From the NCBI RefSeq assembly GCF_002158865.1, contig NZ_CP021455.1, positions 1,096,835 to 1,160,834 of the forward strand: a stretch of 64,000 nucleotides of DNA, written 5' to 3'. Origin of the DNA: Comamonas serinivorans (lineage in GTDB: Bacteria > Pseudomonadota > Gammaproteobacteria > Burkholderiales > Burkholderiaceae_C). The position numbers were made by a program, and so were the translations under genes. Below, piece by piece: positions 1 to 9,263 of this stretch. The notes below the pieces were generated by a model. It had not been told where the DNA came from and searched no databases. It was given only the letters and a program-made list of their open reading frames with translations. Positions within the stretch are counted from its first letter, which is position 1. The number at the start of each line of letters is the position of its first letter.

Positions 1-537
1 GCGCGCTGGGCCAACGTGCAGGACTTCTGCGACTGGATCGTGGGCCGCTGCGGCGGCGAGATCGAGGACGGCACCAACGTGATGAGCGAGCGCCGCAGCG
101 TGCTCGAGGTGGCGCAGACCATCGCCCTCATCACCTCGCTGAAGGAGAAGGAGCAGGACGCCAACCAGATCACGCTGTCCACCCTGCATGCCAGCAAGGG
201 GCTCGAGTGGCCGCACGTGATGCTGGTGGGCGTGGTCGAAGGCCTGCTGCCGTTCCAGAGCGATGCCGAGGGCGCCCCCCCCATGACCGCCCAGCGCGTG
301 GAGGAGGAGCGTCGGCTGATGTACGTGGGCATCACGCGCGCGCAGCGCAGCCTGCAGGTGAGCTGGAGCCGTCAGCGCAAGAAAGGGCGCAGCCACGTGC
401 CGGCCTTGCCCAGCCGCTTCATCGGCGAGATGGCGCTGAACCACGCCACCACCCGCGAAGACCCGCGCGAAAAGCTCAAGGCCTTGCGTGCGGAGTTCGC
501 CAAGCGCGCCGCCAGCGCGCCGCGCGGCAATGCCTGA
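1..537 (+). CDS. rep: UvrD/Rep-family ATP-dependent DNA helicase, C-terminal fragment (start lies upstream of window)
   Basis: Helicase motif VI region LSTLHASKGLEWPHV and RRLMYVGITRAQRSL; ORF is open from nt 1. Confidence 0.8.
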   Translation, partial: ARWANVQDFCDWIVGRCGGEIEDGTNVMSERRSVLEVAQTIALITSLKEKEQDANQITLSTLHASKGLEWPHVMLVGVVEGLLPFQSDAEGAPPMTAQRVEEERRLMYVGITRAQRSLQVSWSRQRKKGRSHVPALPSRFIGEMALNHATTREDPREKLKALRAEFAKRAASAPRGNA

Positions 538-596
538 TCAAGGGTATGACTGTGCTTCCGTTGTTTCTACATCGGCAATGAGGCGATACTGCGCAT
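538..596. repeat. R1 nested-palindrome intergenic repeat unit
   Basis: GGGTATGACTG..CTTCCGTT..ATCGGCAATG..GCGATACTGCGC; overlaps the ATG of the next ORF. Confidence 0.6.
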
Positions 597-1095
597 GATG
601 CATCCCGACGCCACGACCCACACCAATCCCGCTTCGTCGGATGCTCGGGCCACCTTGCGCCTGCACGGCCTGGTGCCTTGCGGGGCCTGGGCGCCCGGCC
701 GCTACGCCAGCGTGAGCCATTTGCGCGACCAATGCGCGTTTGGCCTCGCCTACGAGGTGCAGGCCGATTGGCGCACGCGGCCGCATGTGGTGTACGCCTT
801 CGTCGCCGGCGAGGCGGTGCTCTATGTCGGCGAAACCTCGGCCGGCATGGCGGCGCGCTTTGCCGGTTACCGCTACGGCAACCCCCTGGTCAGCGACACG
901 GACAACCGTGTCAAGCTCGCCCTCACGCGCACCCTGCAGGCGGGCGGCAGCGTGGCCATCTGGGCCACGCAACCGCAGGCCAGCCTCAGCCTGCCGGACG
1001 GCACGGTGTTGACCGTGCCCGCCAGCAAGCCGCTGGAGGAGGTCCTGATCGCGCGGATTCGGCCCGAGCTGAATGTGAAAATGCTCGCTGTCTGA
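595..1095 (+). CDS. hypothetical protein with divergent GIY-YIG-like nuclease motifs
   Basis: VVYAFVAGEAVLYVGET ... ARFAGYR ... EEVLIARIRPELN matches GIY-(10aa)-YVG, R, E, N spacing. Confidence 0.45.
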   Translation: MMHPDATTHTNPASSDARATLRLHGLVPCGAWAPGRYASVSHLRDQCAFGLAYEVQADWRTRPHVVYAFVAGEAVLYVGETSAGMAARFAGYRYGNPLVSDTDNRVKLALTRTLQAGGSVAIWATQPQASLSLPDGTVLTVPASKPLEEVLIARIRPELNVKMLAV

Positions 1096-1112
1096 TTTGC
1101 TGGATCGCCCCC

Positions 1113-1760
1113 ATGCCTCAACCCCACGACACCGCCACGTCCCTGTCTTCGCCCGTCACGTTCACGCGCCTGGTGCGGGCGCGCCTGTGGCGCTGGGCCG
1201 GTTTGATGGGGGTGCTGGGGCTCACGGCCTGCGCCTCGGACGATTTCATGCGGCAGTACCAGGACATCGGCCGCACGACCTTGCCCGCGCTGCCCACGCC
1301 GCGGGCCACGGCCGAACCAGGCACCTGCCGGGACGTGACGCGCATGACCGCCCGCGACCTCTACGGCGAGTGGCGGCTCAGCCTGCTCAAGCCCAACGTG
1401 GGCGGCCACATGCGGCTGTCGCAGCACCCCGAGTTCTCGGAAAGCCTGCGCGGCCACATCGCCTACGGCGACGTGCAGGCCATTGCCTCGGGCGACGTCA
1501 CGGCCGGCCAGTTCGACCTCGACGAGTCTGCGGACGGCAAGCGCATGACCGCCACCTGGTCCGGCAAACTGACGCCCGCCGCCTGTGGCAACGAAATCCG
1601 CGGCACCTGGACCGACCTGGAGCGCGACCAGAGCAGCGCTTTCGTGCTTCGGCGCGTGGGCGGCGCAGCGGCTGCGGCCGACGCCGCCAGCACGCCCGTG
1701 CGCGACGAACTGCCCGATGGCGTGCAGGTGTTGCCGGTGCCCGAACCGTCGCTGAACTGA
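1113..1760 (+). CDS. putative lipoprotein (lipobox LTAC)
   Basis: N-terminus MPQPHD..WAGLMGVLGLTACASDD; start chosen at ATG 1113 within longer ORF 678..1760. Confidence 0.55.
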   Translation: MPQPHDTATSLSSPVTFTRLVRARLWRWAGLMGVLGLTACASDDFMRQYQDIGRTTLPALPTPRATAEPGTCRDVTRMTARDLYGEWRLSLLKPNVGGHMRLSQHPEFSESLRGHIAYGDVQAIASGDVTAGQFDLDESADGKRMTATWSGKLTPAACGNEIRGTWTDLERDQSSAFVLRRVGGAAAAADAASTPVRDELPDGVQVLPVPEPSLN

Positions 1761-1829
1761 GGCCTCAGCCGGGGCTGCGCGTGGCGCGGCTCCGGGCCGC
1801 GTCGGGCAAACAAACGCGTGGGATGCGGA

Positions 1830-2906
1830 TCAGGCGGCGTGGCCCGTGGCCAGGCTGCTCCGCGTCCTGACCTCGCCCGTTCGCTCGTCGATGGGCAGCA
1901 AGGGCAGGCGATCGCGGTGGTCGCCATACAGGCGCGCCACGCGTTCGTCCAGGCTGGGGTGGCTGGCCAGGCGTTCGCGCCAGCCACTGGCATTCTGTTC
2001 CCACTCGACCAGCAGCAGGTGGGCCATGGGCGCCCACAGCACGTCGCCCAGCGGCAGGCGGTTGGCGCGGCTGACGCTGTGCGTGACCTGCTGCGTCATC
2101 ACCTTGCGCAGCACGCCGCCCAGGCCGTCCACGTCGCGCGTCCACTGCACAGCGTGCGCGTCGGCCAGAAACTCGCGCTCGCGCGAGGCTGCGGCCTGCA
2201 GCAGGCGCGCGCCCAGCCAGCCCACGAAGCCCAGCGCCATGAACAGCCAGCCGATGGCGATCAGCTTGGGCAGCGGCAGGTCTTCGCGGCTGGTGTCGCT
2301 CATCCACTGGCCGTAGGTGTGCACCATGGCCAGGCCGCCCACCATGCCCATGAGCTGCAGGTTGAAGGCGGTGTCGCCCTCGCGCAGGTGGCTGCACTCG
2401 TGCGCCACCAGGCCTTGCAGCTCGCGGCGCGACAGGTGGGTGAGCGCGCCCTGCGTGACCACGATCAGCCAGTCCTTGGGCGTGAGCCCCAGCGCGAAGG
2501 CGTTGATCTCGTCGGCGCGGGGCAGCAGCATGACGCGCGGGCGGCGCATCTGGGCCGACAGCGCCATTTCGCTGACGATGTTGGCCAGCCGCTGCTCGGC
2601 AAAGCTGTGGGCCGTGCGCAGCTCGCGCGCACCCAGCCGCTGCGCCAGGCGCTCGCTGCCCTGGCGGATGACGCCGGCTTCCAGCCACCAGCCGCCCAGC
2701 GTCAGGAACAGCGCAATGCCCACGAAGGGCCAGGCCACCTTGGCGGGCAGGTGAAACGGCTGGCCGCTGACCAGGCTGATGACCCAGGCGCCACCCGCCA
2801 GCACGCCCAGCGGCGCCAGCACCGTGGCGGCGCTGACCAGGGCGAACGCCAGCATCAGCCGGCGCGAGCGTCGGCGGGCGGTGGCCTGGTGATCGAAGAA
2901 GCGCAT
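1830..2906 (-). CDS. M48-family Zn metalloprotease (HtpX-like)
   Basis: HECSHL (HExxH) motif, N-terminal TM segments. Confidence 0.85.
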   Translation of the reverse strand: MRFFDHQATARRRSRRLMLAFALVSAATVLAPLGVLAGGAWVISLVSGQPFHLPAKVAWPFVGIALFLTLGGWWLEAGVIRQGSERLAQRLGARELRTAHSFAEQRLANIVSEMALSAQMRRPRVMLLPRADEINAFALGLTPKDWLIVVTQGALTHLSRRELQGLVAHECSHLREGDTAFNLQLMGMVGGLAMVHTYGQWMSDTSREDLPLPKLIAIGWLFMALGFVGWLGARLLQAAASREREFLADAHAVQWTRDVDGLGGVLRKVMTQQVTHSVSRANRLPLGDVLWAPMAHLLLVEWEQNASGWRERLASHPSLDERVARLYGDHRDRLPLLPIDERTGEVRTRSSLATGHAA

Positions 2907-2927
2907 GGCGGCATCAGCAGGTTGTGA

Positions 2928-2982
2928 TGGGGGTATGGGCGAGTTGTCGATTTTGTGTCATCGGAAATATGGCCATACCCTG
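2928..2982. repeat. R1 repeat unit
   Basis: GGGGGTATGGGCGAG TTGTCGATtttgtgtcATCGGAAATATGG CCATACCCTG. Confidence 0.65.
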
Positions 2983-3122
2983 TAAAAAATGGGGTGAAGG
3001 CGTGCCTGGCCGCCGTCACCGGTGCAGGGCCTGGGTGTGTGCCGGGTCCGGCGGAGTCAACGCGTCACCGGCCAGGCGGCCCTGCAGCGTGTGGACCCGC
3101 GCTGCGCAACGGCGCCGCGCCC

Positions 3123-3710
3123 TCAAAACTGCACCTTGACGGGCTGCCGCTCGGCCTCGCTTTGCGTGGCCTGCAGCGCGCTGGCGGGCGTGAAGCCGGC
3201 CAGGCGCGCGACGAGCACCGTGGGCACGACCTGGCTGGCCGTGTTGAAGTCCAGCACGGCATCGTTGAACGCCTGGCGCGCAAAGCCGATGCGGTTTTCC
3301 GTGCTCGTCAGCTCTTCGCTGAGCTCGCGCATGGTCTGGTCCGCTTTCAGGTCGGGGTAGGCCTCGGACACCACCATCAGGCGCCCCAGGGCGCCCCCCA
3401 GCAGGCCATCGGCGGCGGCCAGGCCGGCCATGGCCTGGGCGTTGCCGGGTTCGCGCCGGGCCACCGCGGCGGCCGACTGCGCCTGGCCGCGGGCCGCGAT
3501 GACGGCCTGCAGCGTGTCGTGCTCGTGGCTCAGGTACTTCTTCGCCACCTCGACCAGGTTGGGCACCAGGTCGTGGCGGCGCTTGAGCTGCACGTCGATC
3601 TGGGCGAACGCATTGGCGATGCGGTTGCGCAGCTCGACCAAGCGGTTGTAGGCCATGACGGCCCAGACGATCACGCAAGCCAGCACGGCCGCTGCAATCC
3701 ACCATCCCAT
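3123..3710 (-). CDS. lemA: LemA family protein
   Basis: MGWWIAAAVLACVIV..YNRLVELRNRIANAFAQIDVQLKRRHDLVPNLV typical LemA; upstream part of ORF 3123..4499 is spurious. Confidence 0.85.
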   Translation of the reverse strand: MGWWIAAAVLACVIVWAVMAYNRLVELRNRIANAFAQIDVQLKRRHDLVPNLVEVAKKYLSHEHDTLQAVIAARGQAQSAAAVARREPGNAQAMAGLAAADGLLGGALGRLMVVSEAYPDLKADQTMRELSEELTSTENRIGFARQAFNDAVLDFNTASQVVPTVLVARLAGFTPASALQATQSEAERQPVKVQF

Positions 3711-3774
3711 GTCGCACCTCCTCGATGTCGCCGCACCGTGCGGCGGTTGTGTGTCGGCCTGATGAGTCAGGGTT

Positions 3775-3800
3775 AGACATAACATGACGCATATTATGTC
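3775..3800. promoter_or_regulatory. AT-rich inverted repeat GACATAA-N11-TTATGTC in divergent promoter region
   Basis: Perfect 7-bp arms in an unusually AT-rich patch between lemA and the 4062 ORF. Confidence 0.25.
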
Positions 3801-4061
3801 CAGCGAGCCACGCCTGGACAAGCGATTTTCGGGGCAGCCGTCGCGGCAGCGCAGAGCGATCTGTGCGTCACCGCGCGCTCCGTTCATGGCGTCTGGGCAT
3901 CGATGCAGCCGTTTCGCGTTACACGGGTGGTGTCGCGGGCTGTGTGCGCTGCATCGCGGTGCGGCCGCATAGACGCCGTTGGCGGGGTCTGCAGCCGCTC
4001 GGGTTGACCGGAGCCGCCGCCAGGGCCGGTTAGGATGCTGCGCTTTGCACGGACCCGAACC

Positions 4062-4376
4062 ATGAGCTTTGCCGACAACCTGCGTGACCTGCCCGCCATC
4101 GACCACCTGGCCGCCCTCGAGCTGCTGGACGAGGCGGGCCAGGTGGTGGCCTCGATCCCGAACCAGCCCGGCAAGGCGGGTTCGCTCAAGCTGTATGCGG
4201 CCCTGGCCGCCCGCCACGGCGCCATCAACCTGGCCGCCGCCGAAGAAGGCCTGGCCTTGTTCGCCGAACACACCGAGGATGCGCGCCAGCACCCGGGCAG
4301 CCACCCCAACATCGACCGCCTGTTCGAGGTCATCGCCACGGGCAAGCCCCTGTCGGTGCGCCTGTTGCCGGCTTGA
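4062..4376 (+). CDS. hypothetical protein (small conserved-hypothetical-like)
   Basis: ORF with good GC3; start at MSFADNL. Confidence 0.5.
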   Translation: MSFADNLRDLPAIDHLAALELLDEAGQVVASIPNQPGKAGSLKLYAALAARHGAINLAAAEEGLALFAEHTEDARQHPGSHPNIDRLFEVIATGKPLSVRLLPA

Positions 4377-4406
4377 GGGGAGCCTCCTCGCGGTGTTTTG
4401 ATTCAA

Positions 4407-4459
4407 GGGGGTATGCGCCCATTTCCGTTTAAAGAAAAACGCAAGTGGATGCATACCCC
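4407..4459. repeat. R1 repeat unit
   Basis: GGGGGTATGCGCCC ATTTCCGTTTaaagaaAAACGcaaGTGG ATGCATACCCC. Confidence 0.65.
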
Positions 4460-4617
4460 ATGCATTGCGTGCGGATAAAGGGTGGCGCCATGCCGTCATG
4501 GCCAGCCATCCCGTCCCGGTGCCTCGGCCCCGCGCATGGGCTCAGGCACTTGGCCAGACGCCGACCCTACGGGCCGCCCGCCAACCGCAGACCCCCCATC
4601 GAGGTGGGTGCCGCCGG

Positions 4618-6603
4618 TCACTCGGGTGAGGGCGTCGGATCAGGGTGCCGCCTGCAGCCGTCAGTCGCCGGCTGCAACAGGTCTTGCACGCGTGCGCGCA
4701 TGGTCTCCAGCGTCTGCGCTTCGGGGGGCATGGCCTCGCCCACGCTCAGGCCCACCGGGCTGAAGGTCCCACGCCGGAATGGCTTGGTCATGGCGCCCGT
4801 GGGTTCGATGCGCGAGAAGTAGCTGCCCCAGAGGTTGGTCAGCGCCATGGGCACCACGGGCACGCTCAGGCCGTCGGCGCGCGCCTGCTCCAGGATCTTC
4901 AGCACCCCGCTCTTGAACGCACCCAGCTCGCCGTCGCGCGTGATGGCGCCTTCGGGGAAGATGGCCAGCAGCTCGCCTTCGCGCAGCACCTGGGCGGCTT
5001 CGACGAAGGCGCGCTCGTAGGCCGCGGGGTCGTCGCGTGCGGGGGCGATGGGGATGGCCTTGGCGAGCTTGAACAGCCAGCCCAGCACGGGCACCTTGAA
5101 GATCTGGTGGTCCATGATGAAGCGGATGGGCCGCGGGCTGGCCGCCATCAGCAGCACGGCGTCGATGAAGCTGACGTGGTTGGCGATGAGCACGGCCGGA
5201 CCGTCGGCCGGGATGTGGTCACGCCCGGTGATGCGGAAGCGGTACACCAGCTTGGTGAGCACCCAGGCGTGAAAGCGCAGCCAGTACTCGGGCACCAGGA
5301 AGAAGATGTAGGCCGCCACCAGCGCATTGGCGATGCCGGTGAACAGGAAGATCTGCGGGATGGAGAAGCCGGCCTGCAGCAGCGCGCCCGCGATCACGGC
5401 CGAGGCGATCATGAACAGCGCGTTGAGGATGTTGTTGGCCGCGATGATGCGCGCGCGGTGCGAGGGCCGGGCGCGCAGCTGGATGAGCGCGTACATGGGC
5501 ACGCTGAACAGGCCGGTGAACATCGACATCAGGCCCAGGTCGGCCATCACGCGCCAGTGCGCGCCCTGTTGCAGAAAGCCGCCCACGTCGAACAGGCCAC
5601 TGGCGGGCGGCGCGGGCAGGCTGCGCGTGGCGAAGAACAGGTCGATGGCGAACACCGTCATGCCGATGGCGCCCACGGGCACCAGCCCGATCTCGACCTG
5701 GTGGCCCGACAGCTTTTCGCACAGCAGCGCCCCCACGCCGATGCCGACCGAGAACACGGCCAGCAGCAGCGAGGCGACGTGGGCGTCGCAGTGCAGCACT
5801 TCTTTGGCAAAGGCCGGAAACTGGCTGAGGAACACAGCGCCGAAGAACCACATCCACGAGATGCCCAGCAGCGAGCGGAACACGGCCAGCTGCTCGTGCG
5901 CCAGGCGCAGGTTGCGCCAGGTTTCGGTCACAGGGTTCCAGTTCACCTGCAAGCCGGGGTCGGTGGCCGGCGACACAGGGATGAACTGCGCCGCAAGCCG
6001 CCCCAGCAGGGCCAGCACCACGCACGAGATGCCCACCCATTCGGGCCCCACCTGCGGCACCACCACCAGCACCCCGCCCACCAGCTGGCCCAGCAAGATG
6101 GCGACGAAGGTGCCCATTTCGACCATGCCGTTGCCGCCCGTCAGTTCGCGCTCGGACAGGTGCTGCGGCAGGTAGGCGAACTTCACCGGGCCGAACAGGG
6201 TGGAGTGCAGGCCCATGAGGAAGGTGCACAGCAGCAGCACCGGCACGTTGGCGCTGAAGAAGCCCCAGGCCGCCAGGGCCATGATGGCCACCTCCAGCCA
6301 TTTGACGAAGCGGATCAGCGCGCGCTTTTCCAGCTTGTCGGCCAGCTGGCCGCTGGTGGCCGAGAACACCAGATAGGGCAGGATGAACAGCGCGCCGATC
6401 ACCAGGCCCGCCATGTCGGCCGGCAGCCAGCTCACCTGCAGCATGTAGGTCACCATCACGGTGAACGCGAACTTGAAGAGGTTGTCGTTCGCGGCGCCGG
6501 CAAACTGGGTCCAAAAAAACGGCGCAAAGCGGCGCTGGCCCAGCAAGGCGAACTGCCCGGAGGGCGCTTGGCCGGCCTGGGCCTGGCGGGTCGATTCGGT
6601 CAT
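4618..6603 (-). CDS. MFS transporter fused to 1-acyl-sn-glycerol-3-phosphate acyltransferase domain (LplT/Aas-like lysophospholipid transporter-acyltransferase)
   Basis: 12-TM MFS N-half; C-half has acyltransferase motifs LIANHVSFIDAV and FPEGAITRDG. Confidence 0.8.
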   Translation of the reverse strand: MTESTRQAQAGQAPSGQFALLGQRRFAPFFWTQFAGAANDNLFKFAFTVMVTYMLQVSWLPADMAGLVIGALFILPYLVFSATSGQLADKLEKRALIRFVKWLEVAIMALAAWGFFSANVPVLLLCTFLMGLHSTLFGPVKFAYLPQHLSERELTGGNGMVEMGTFVAILLGQLVGGVLVVVPQVGPEWVGISCVVLALLGRLAAQFIPVSPATDPGLQVNWNPVTETWRNLRLAHEQLAVFRSLLGISWMWFFGAVFLSQFPAFAKEVLHCDAHVASLLLAVFSVGIGVGALLCEKLSGHQVEIGLVPVGAIGMTVFAIDLFFATRSLPAPPASGLFDVGGFLQQGAHWRVMADLGLMSMFTGLFSVPMYALIQLRARPSHRARIIAANNILNALFMIASAVIAGALLQAGFSIPQIFLFTGIANALVAAYIFFLVPEYWLRFHAWVLTKLVYRFRITGRDHIPADGPAVLIANHVSFIDAVLLMAASPRPIRFIMDHQIFKVPVLGWLFKLAKAIPIAPARDDPAAYERAFVEAAQVLREGELLAIFPEGAITRDGELGAFKSGVLKILEQARADGLSVPVVPMALTNLWGSYFSRIEPTGAMTKPFRRGTFSPVGLSVGEAMPPEAQTLETMRARVQDLLQPATDGCRRHPDPTPSPE

Positions 6604-6901
6604 GGGGGCTTGGGTCCTGTGACGGCCTGGGGAAATGCGAGTGTGCGGCGCAGATTGTGAAGCCATGGCCGGCCGCACGGCCAGCGCCTGGACAGGCGGC
6701 GACGCCGCCAGGCTTGGTCGGATGCGTCGTCGTCCCCATCGACGCGGCGAACAGCTACGGTGAGTGGAGAGGACCAAGAGGGCAGGCCTGGGGCATTCGC
6801 CTGAGGACAGGGCGGCCACGCCGCCTCGCAGCGTCGCCCGAGGTGCCGGACGCGCGGCGGCCGGTGGACTCGGTGGGCGGCAGCGCGAACGCGACCCGGC
6901 A

Positions 6902-7753
6902 TCAGCGCCGCCGCATGGCCCAGCCGATGGGCACCACCGCCAGCGCCGCCACCGCGTGCTTGAGGCTGTGGCCGGCCACCCAGCCCTGGGTCAGCTCGAA
7001 CACGGCGTGGTCGCCCAGCTCCAGCACCTTGGCGGCGATGTAGGCCAGCACCACCCAAAGCCAGCGCACCCCCAGGCCGTCCGGCCGGTTGGGACTCAGG
7101 CCCAGACCCACCAGCAGCGCCAAGCCGGCGCCTTGCACCAGCGCCCAGGGCGTCATGTTGCCCACCTGCCAAGCCCACAGGGCCGCGCTGGCCGAGGCCA
7201 GCAGCAGCGGCAGCGGCAGCGCGCGACCCAGGCGGGGGCTCACGCGGTCGGCCACAGCCAGGCCGATCACGCCGGCAAAGGCCAGCGACATGCCGAGCCG
7301 GTCCACGGCCAGGCCCGCATCGCCGGGCGCCCAGTGGTAGACGCTGGAGCCCGCGGCCGTGGCGATCAGGCCCAGCACCACCCATCGCACGAGCACCATG
7401 CAAGTATGGTCGGCCATTCGATCATGGATGAAGGTAGATGAACCGATACCCGATGAAAAGATGGCGGCTCGCCGCCACAGCCACAGCGCCGCCAGGACGA
7501 ACGGTGCGTTGCTGAGCACGTCCAGGGCGTGCGGCAGTGCGCCCCAGGCGCGCTGGTCGGCGAAGTCGTGGTAGCCGGCGGGCAAGGGTGCGGCGGGCAG
7601 GCCGGCGGCCAGCACCACGGCGGCCAGCAAGGCCAGCAGCACGAGCCACTCGGCGCGGCGCAAGGGACCGAGGGCAGGGTGGGCGGGTTGGACGACGCCG
7701 GCCACGCCGGTAGACGGGGACGGGCGAGCGGCGGGCGGGCGAGCGTGTGGCAT
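6902..7753 (-). CDS. ceramidase-family-like membrane protein carrying an in-frame R1 repeat insertion; start uncertain
   Basis: N-term PAGYHDFADQRAWG..SNAPFVLAALW, later YHWAPGD and GHSLKH; 18 codons (7402-7455) have atypical low GC3. Confidence 0.5.
   Translation of the reverse strand: MPHARPPAARPSPSTGVAGVVQPAHPALGPLRRAEWLVLLALLAAVVLAAGLPAAPLPAGYHDFADQRAWGALPHALDVLSNAPFVLAALWLWRRAAIFSSGIGSSTFIHDRMADHTCMVLVRWVVLGLIATAAGSSVYHWAPGDAGLAVDRLGMSLAFAGVIGLAVADRVSPRLGRALPLPLLLASASAALWAWQVGNMTPWALVQGAGLALLVGLGLSPNRPDGLGVRWLWVVLAYIAAKVLELGDHAVFELTQGWVAGHSLKHAVAALAVVPIGWAMRRR
7402..7455. repeat. R1 repeat unit, degenerate, located inside the ceramidase-like ORF
   Basis: AAGTATGGTCGGCC...ACCGATACCCGATG; 54 nt = 18 codons, no stop in the gene frame. 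Confidence 0.45.
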
Positions 7754-7901
7754 TAGGCGCGACAAGGGGTGGACGCAGAAGTGGCCTGCACTGTGCGCAA
7801 GGCGCCGCCAACCGTCGCGTACATTGCGCCTCGGTGGCGCGGCTTCACGCTCAGGGTATCGTCGCACGCGCCCGAACCATCGACACGGAGGGAGGATTTC
7901 G

Positions 7902-8633
7902 ATGAGCACCACGCAGGACCTGGTCACCGCACTCAAACACGAACTGAAGGCCGCGCAGATGACCTATGCGGACCTGGCCAAGGAGCTCGGCATGGCCGAG
8001 TCCAGCGTCAAACGCATGCTGGCCAAAGGCGACATGCCGCTGACCCGCATCGACGCCATCTGCCGTGCGCTCAAGCTCGACTTTGCCGACCTGGCGCGCC
8101 GCGTGGCCGACGCCCAGCCCCTGCTCAGCCAGCTCACGCAGGCCCAGGAGGTGGCCGTGGTGGCGGACAAAAAGCTGCTGCTGTGCGCCATCTGCGTGCT
8201 GAGCCACTGGACGCTGGAGCAGATCTGCGAGGCCTACCGCATCGACGAGCCCGAGTGCATCCGCCACCTGGTGATGCTCGACCGCATCGGCATCATCGAG
8301 CTGCGGCCGCTGAACCGCTACCGCCTGAAGCTGGCCAAGACCTTCCGCTGGCGGCCCAACGGCCCGGTGATGGATTTCTTCCGCGAGAACGTGCTGCTGG
8401 ATTACTACGGCGGCAGCTTCGACCGCGACGACGAGGTGCTGCAGCTGGTGCACGGCACCATCGGCCACAGCATGGGGCCGGTGTTCGTCGAACGCATCCA
8501 GCGCATTGCGCAGGACTTTGCCAAGCAGCACCTGGCCGATCAGAAGCTGCCTGACGACATGCGCGAGGGCTACACCCTGCTGCTGTCCATGCGGCGCTGG
8601 GAATTCGCGGCCTTCACCGCCTTGCGGCGCTGA
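7902..8633 (+). CDS. XRE-family HTH transcriptional regulator with C-terminal domain
   Basis: N-terminal HTH (TYADLAKELGMAESSVKRMLAKG); RBS GGAGGGAGG upstream. Confidence 0.75.
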   Translation: MSTTQDLVTALKHELKAAQMTYADLAKELGMAESSVKRMLAKGDMPLTRIDAICRALKLDFADLARRVADAQPLLSQLTQAQEVAVVADKKLLLCAICVLSHWTLEQICEAYRIDEPECIRHLVMLDRIGIIELRPLNRYRLKLAKTFRWRPNGPVMDFFRENVLLDYYGGSFDRDDEVLQLVHGTIGHSMGPVFVERIQRIAQDFAKQHLADQKLPDDMREGYTLLLSMRRWEFAAFTALRR

Positions 8634-8770
8634 TCGGGGCGCGGCCCTGGACCCGGGTGTGGACCATCCCGCCGGCGGGGGAAGTCGGGCGCCGGGCTGA
8701 CGACCTGCGGGTGCCGCACATCCCGGCAAGGGTGTGAGGTCGCTGCACGGGCCTAGGGTGGAGATGTCGT

Positions 8771-8824
8771 GCAGTATGGGGCGGTCTCCGGTGCAAAGAA
8801 AACGACAGTTGGCGAATACGGGGC
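8771..8824. repeat. R1 repeat unit (degenerate)
   Basis: GCAGTATGGGGCGG TCTCCGGTGcaaagaaAACGacagTTGG CGAATACGGGGC. Confidence 0.45.
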
Positions 8825-8868
8825 GAGTGCCGATGAAGCAATCGTGACGGTGGTGGCCCGCAGCTGAG

Positions 8869-8882
8869 CTGCATTGCAGTCT
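8869..8882. promoter_or_regulatory. CTGCATTGCAG-TCT perfect 11-bp palindrome, copy 1
   Basis: CTGCA-T-TGCAG followed by TCT; identical 14-mer recurs at 9014. Confidence 0.35.
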
Positions 8883-9013
8883 TGTGGGTCTTGCCCAGTC
8901 GCCCCAGACCAGCGCGGCCGCCAGCGGCCTCGCAGGGCGCTGGCCAGGCCTGCGCGCGGCGTTGAGCATGACGCACCGAGCCGCCAGCGTGTGGTCGCTG
9001 GGGTGTGCCAGAA

Positions 9014-9027
9014 CTGCATTGCAGTCT
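9014..9027. promoter_or_regulatory. CTGCATTGCAG-TCT perfect 11-bp palindrome, copy 2
   Basis: Identical 14-mer 145 bp downstream of copy 1, ~240 bp upstream of the SDR gene. Confidence 0.35.
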
Positions 9028-9263
9028 CATACACAACCTCCAGCCACCGCAAACCGGGTGCGGCCACCTAGACTGGCGCGAGCGGTCAACGGCATGGTGG
9101 GCCCCAGGCCACGTTGAGGTGATACCGGGCCGGCACGAGGGGCTGCATGGCAGTCCCATGAATCGACCCCCAGCACCTGAGCGTGGGCCAGCCCATCGCC
9201 AGACCCAGGTTGCCCGGGCTGCATGCCGGGCGCCCCTCTTTCACCTGTTCCAGCGGAGTTTCC

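Noticed and set aside
4645-6660. 671-aa ORF on + strand
   Set aside because: Antisense to the MFS-acyltransferase gene; Arg/Gly/His-rich nonsense typical of high-GC antisense frames
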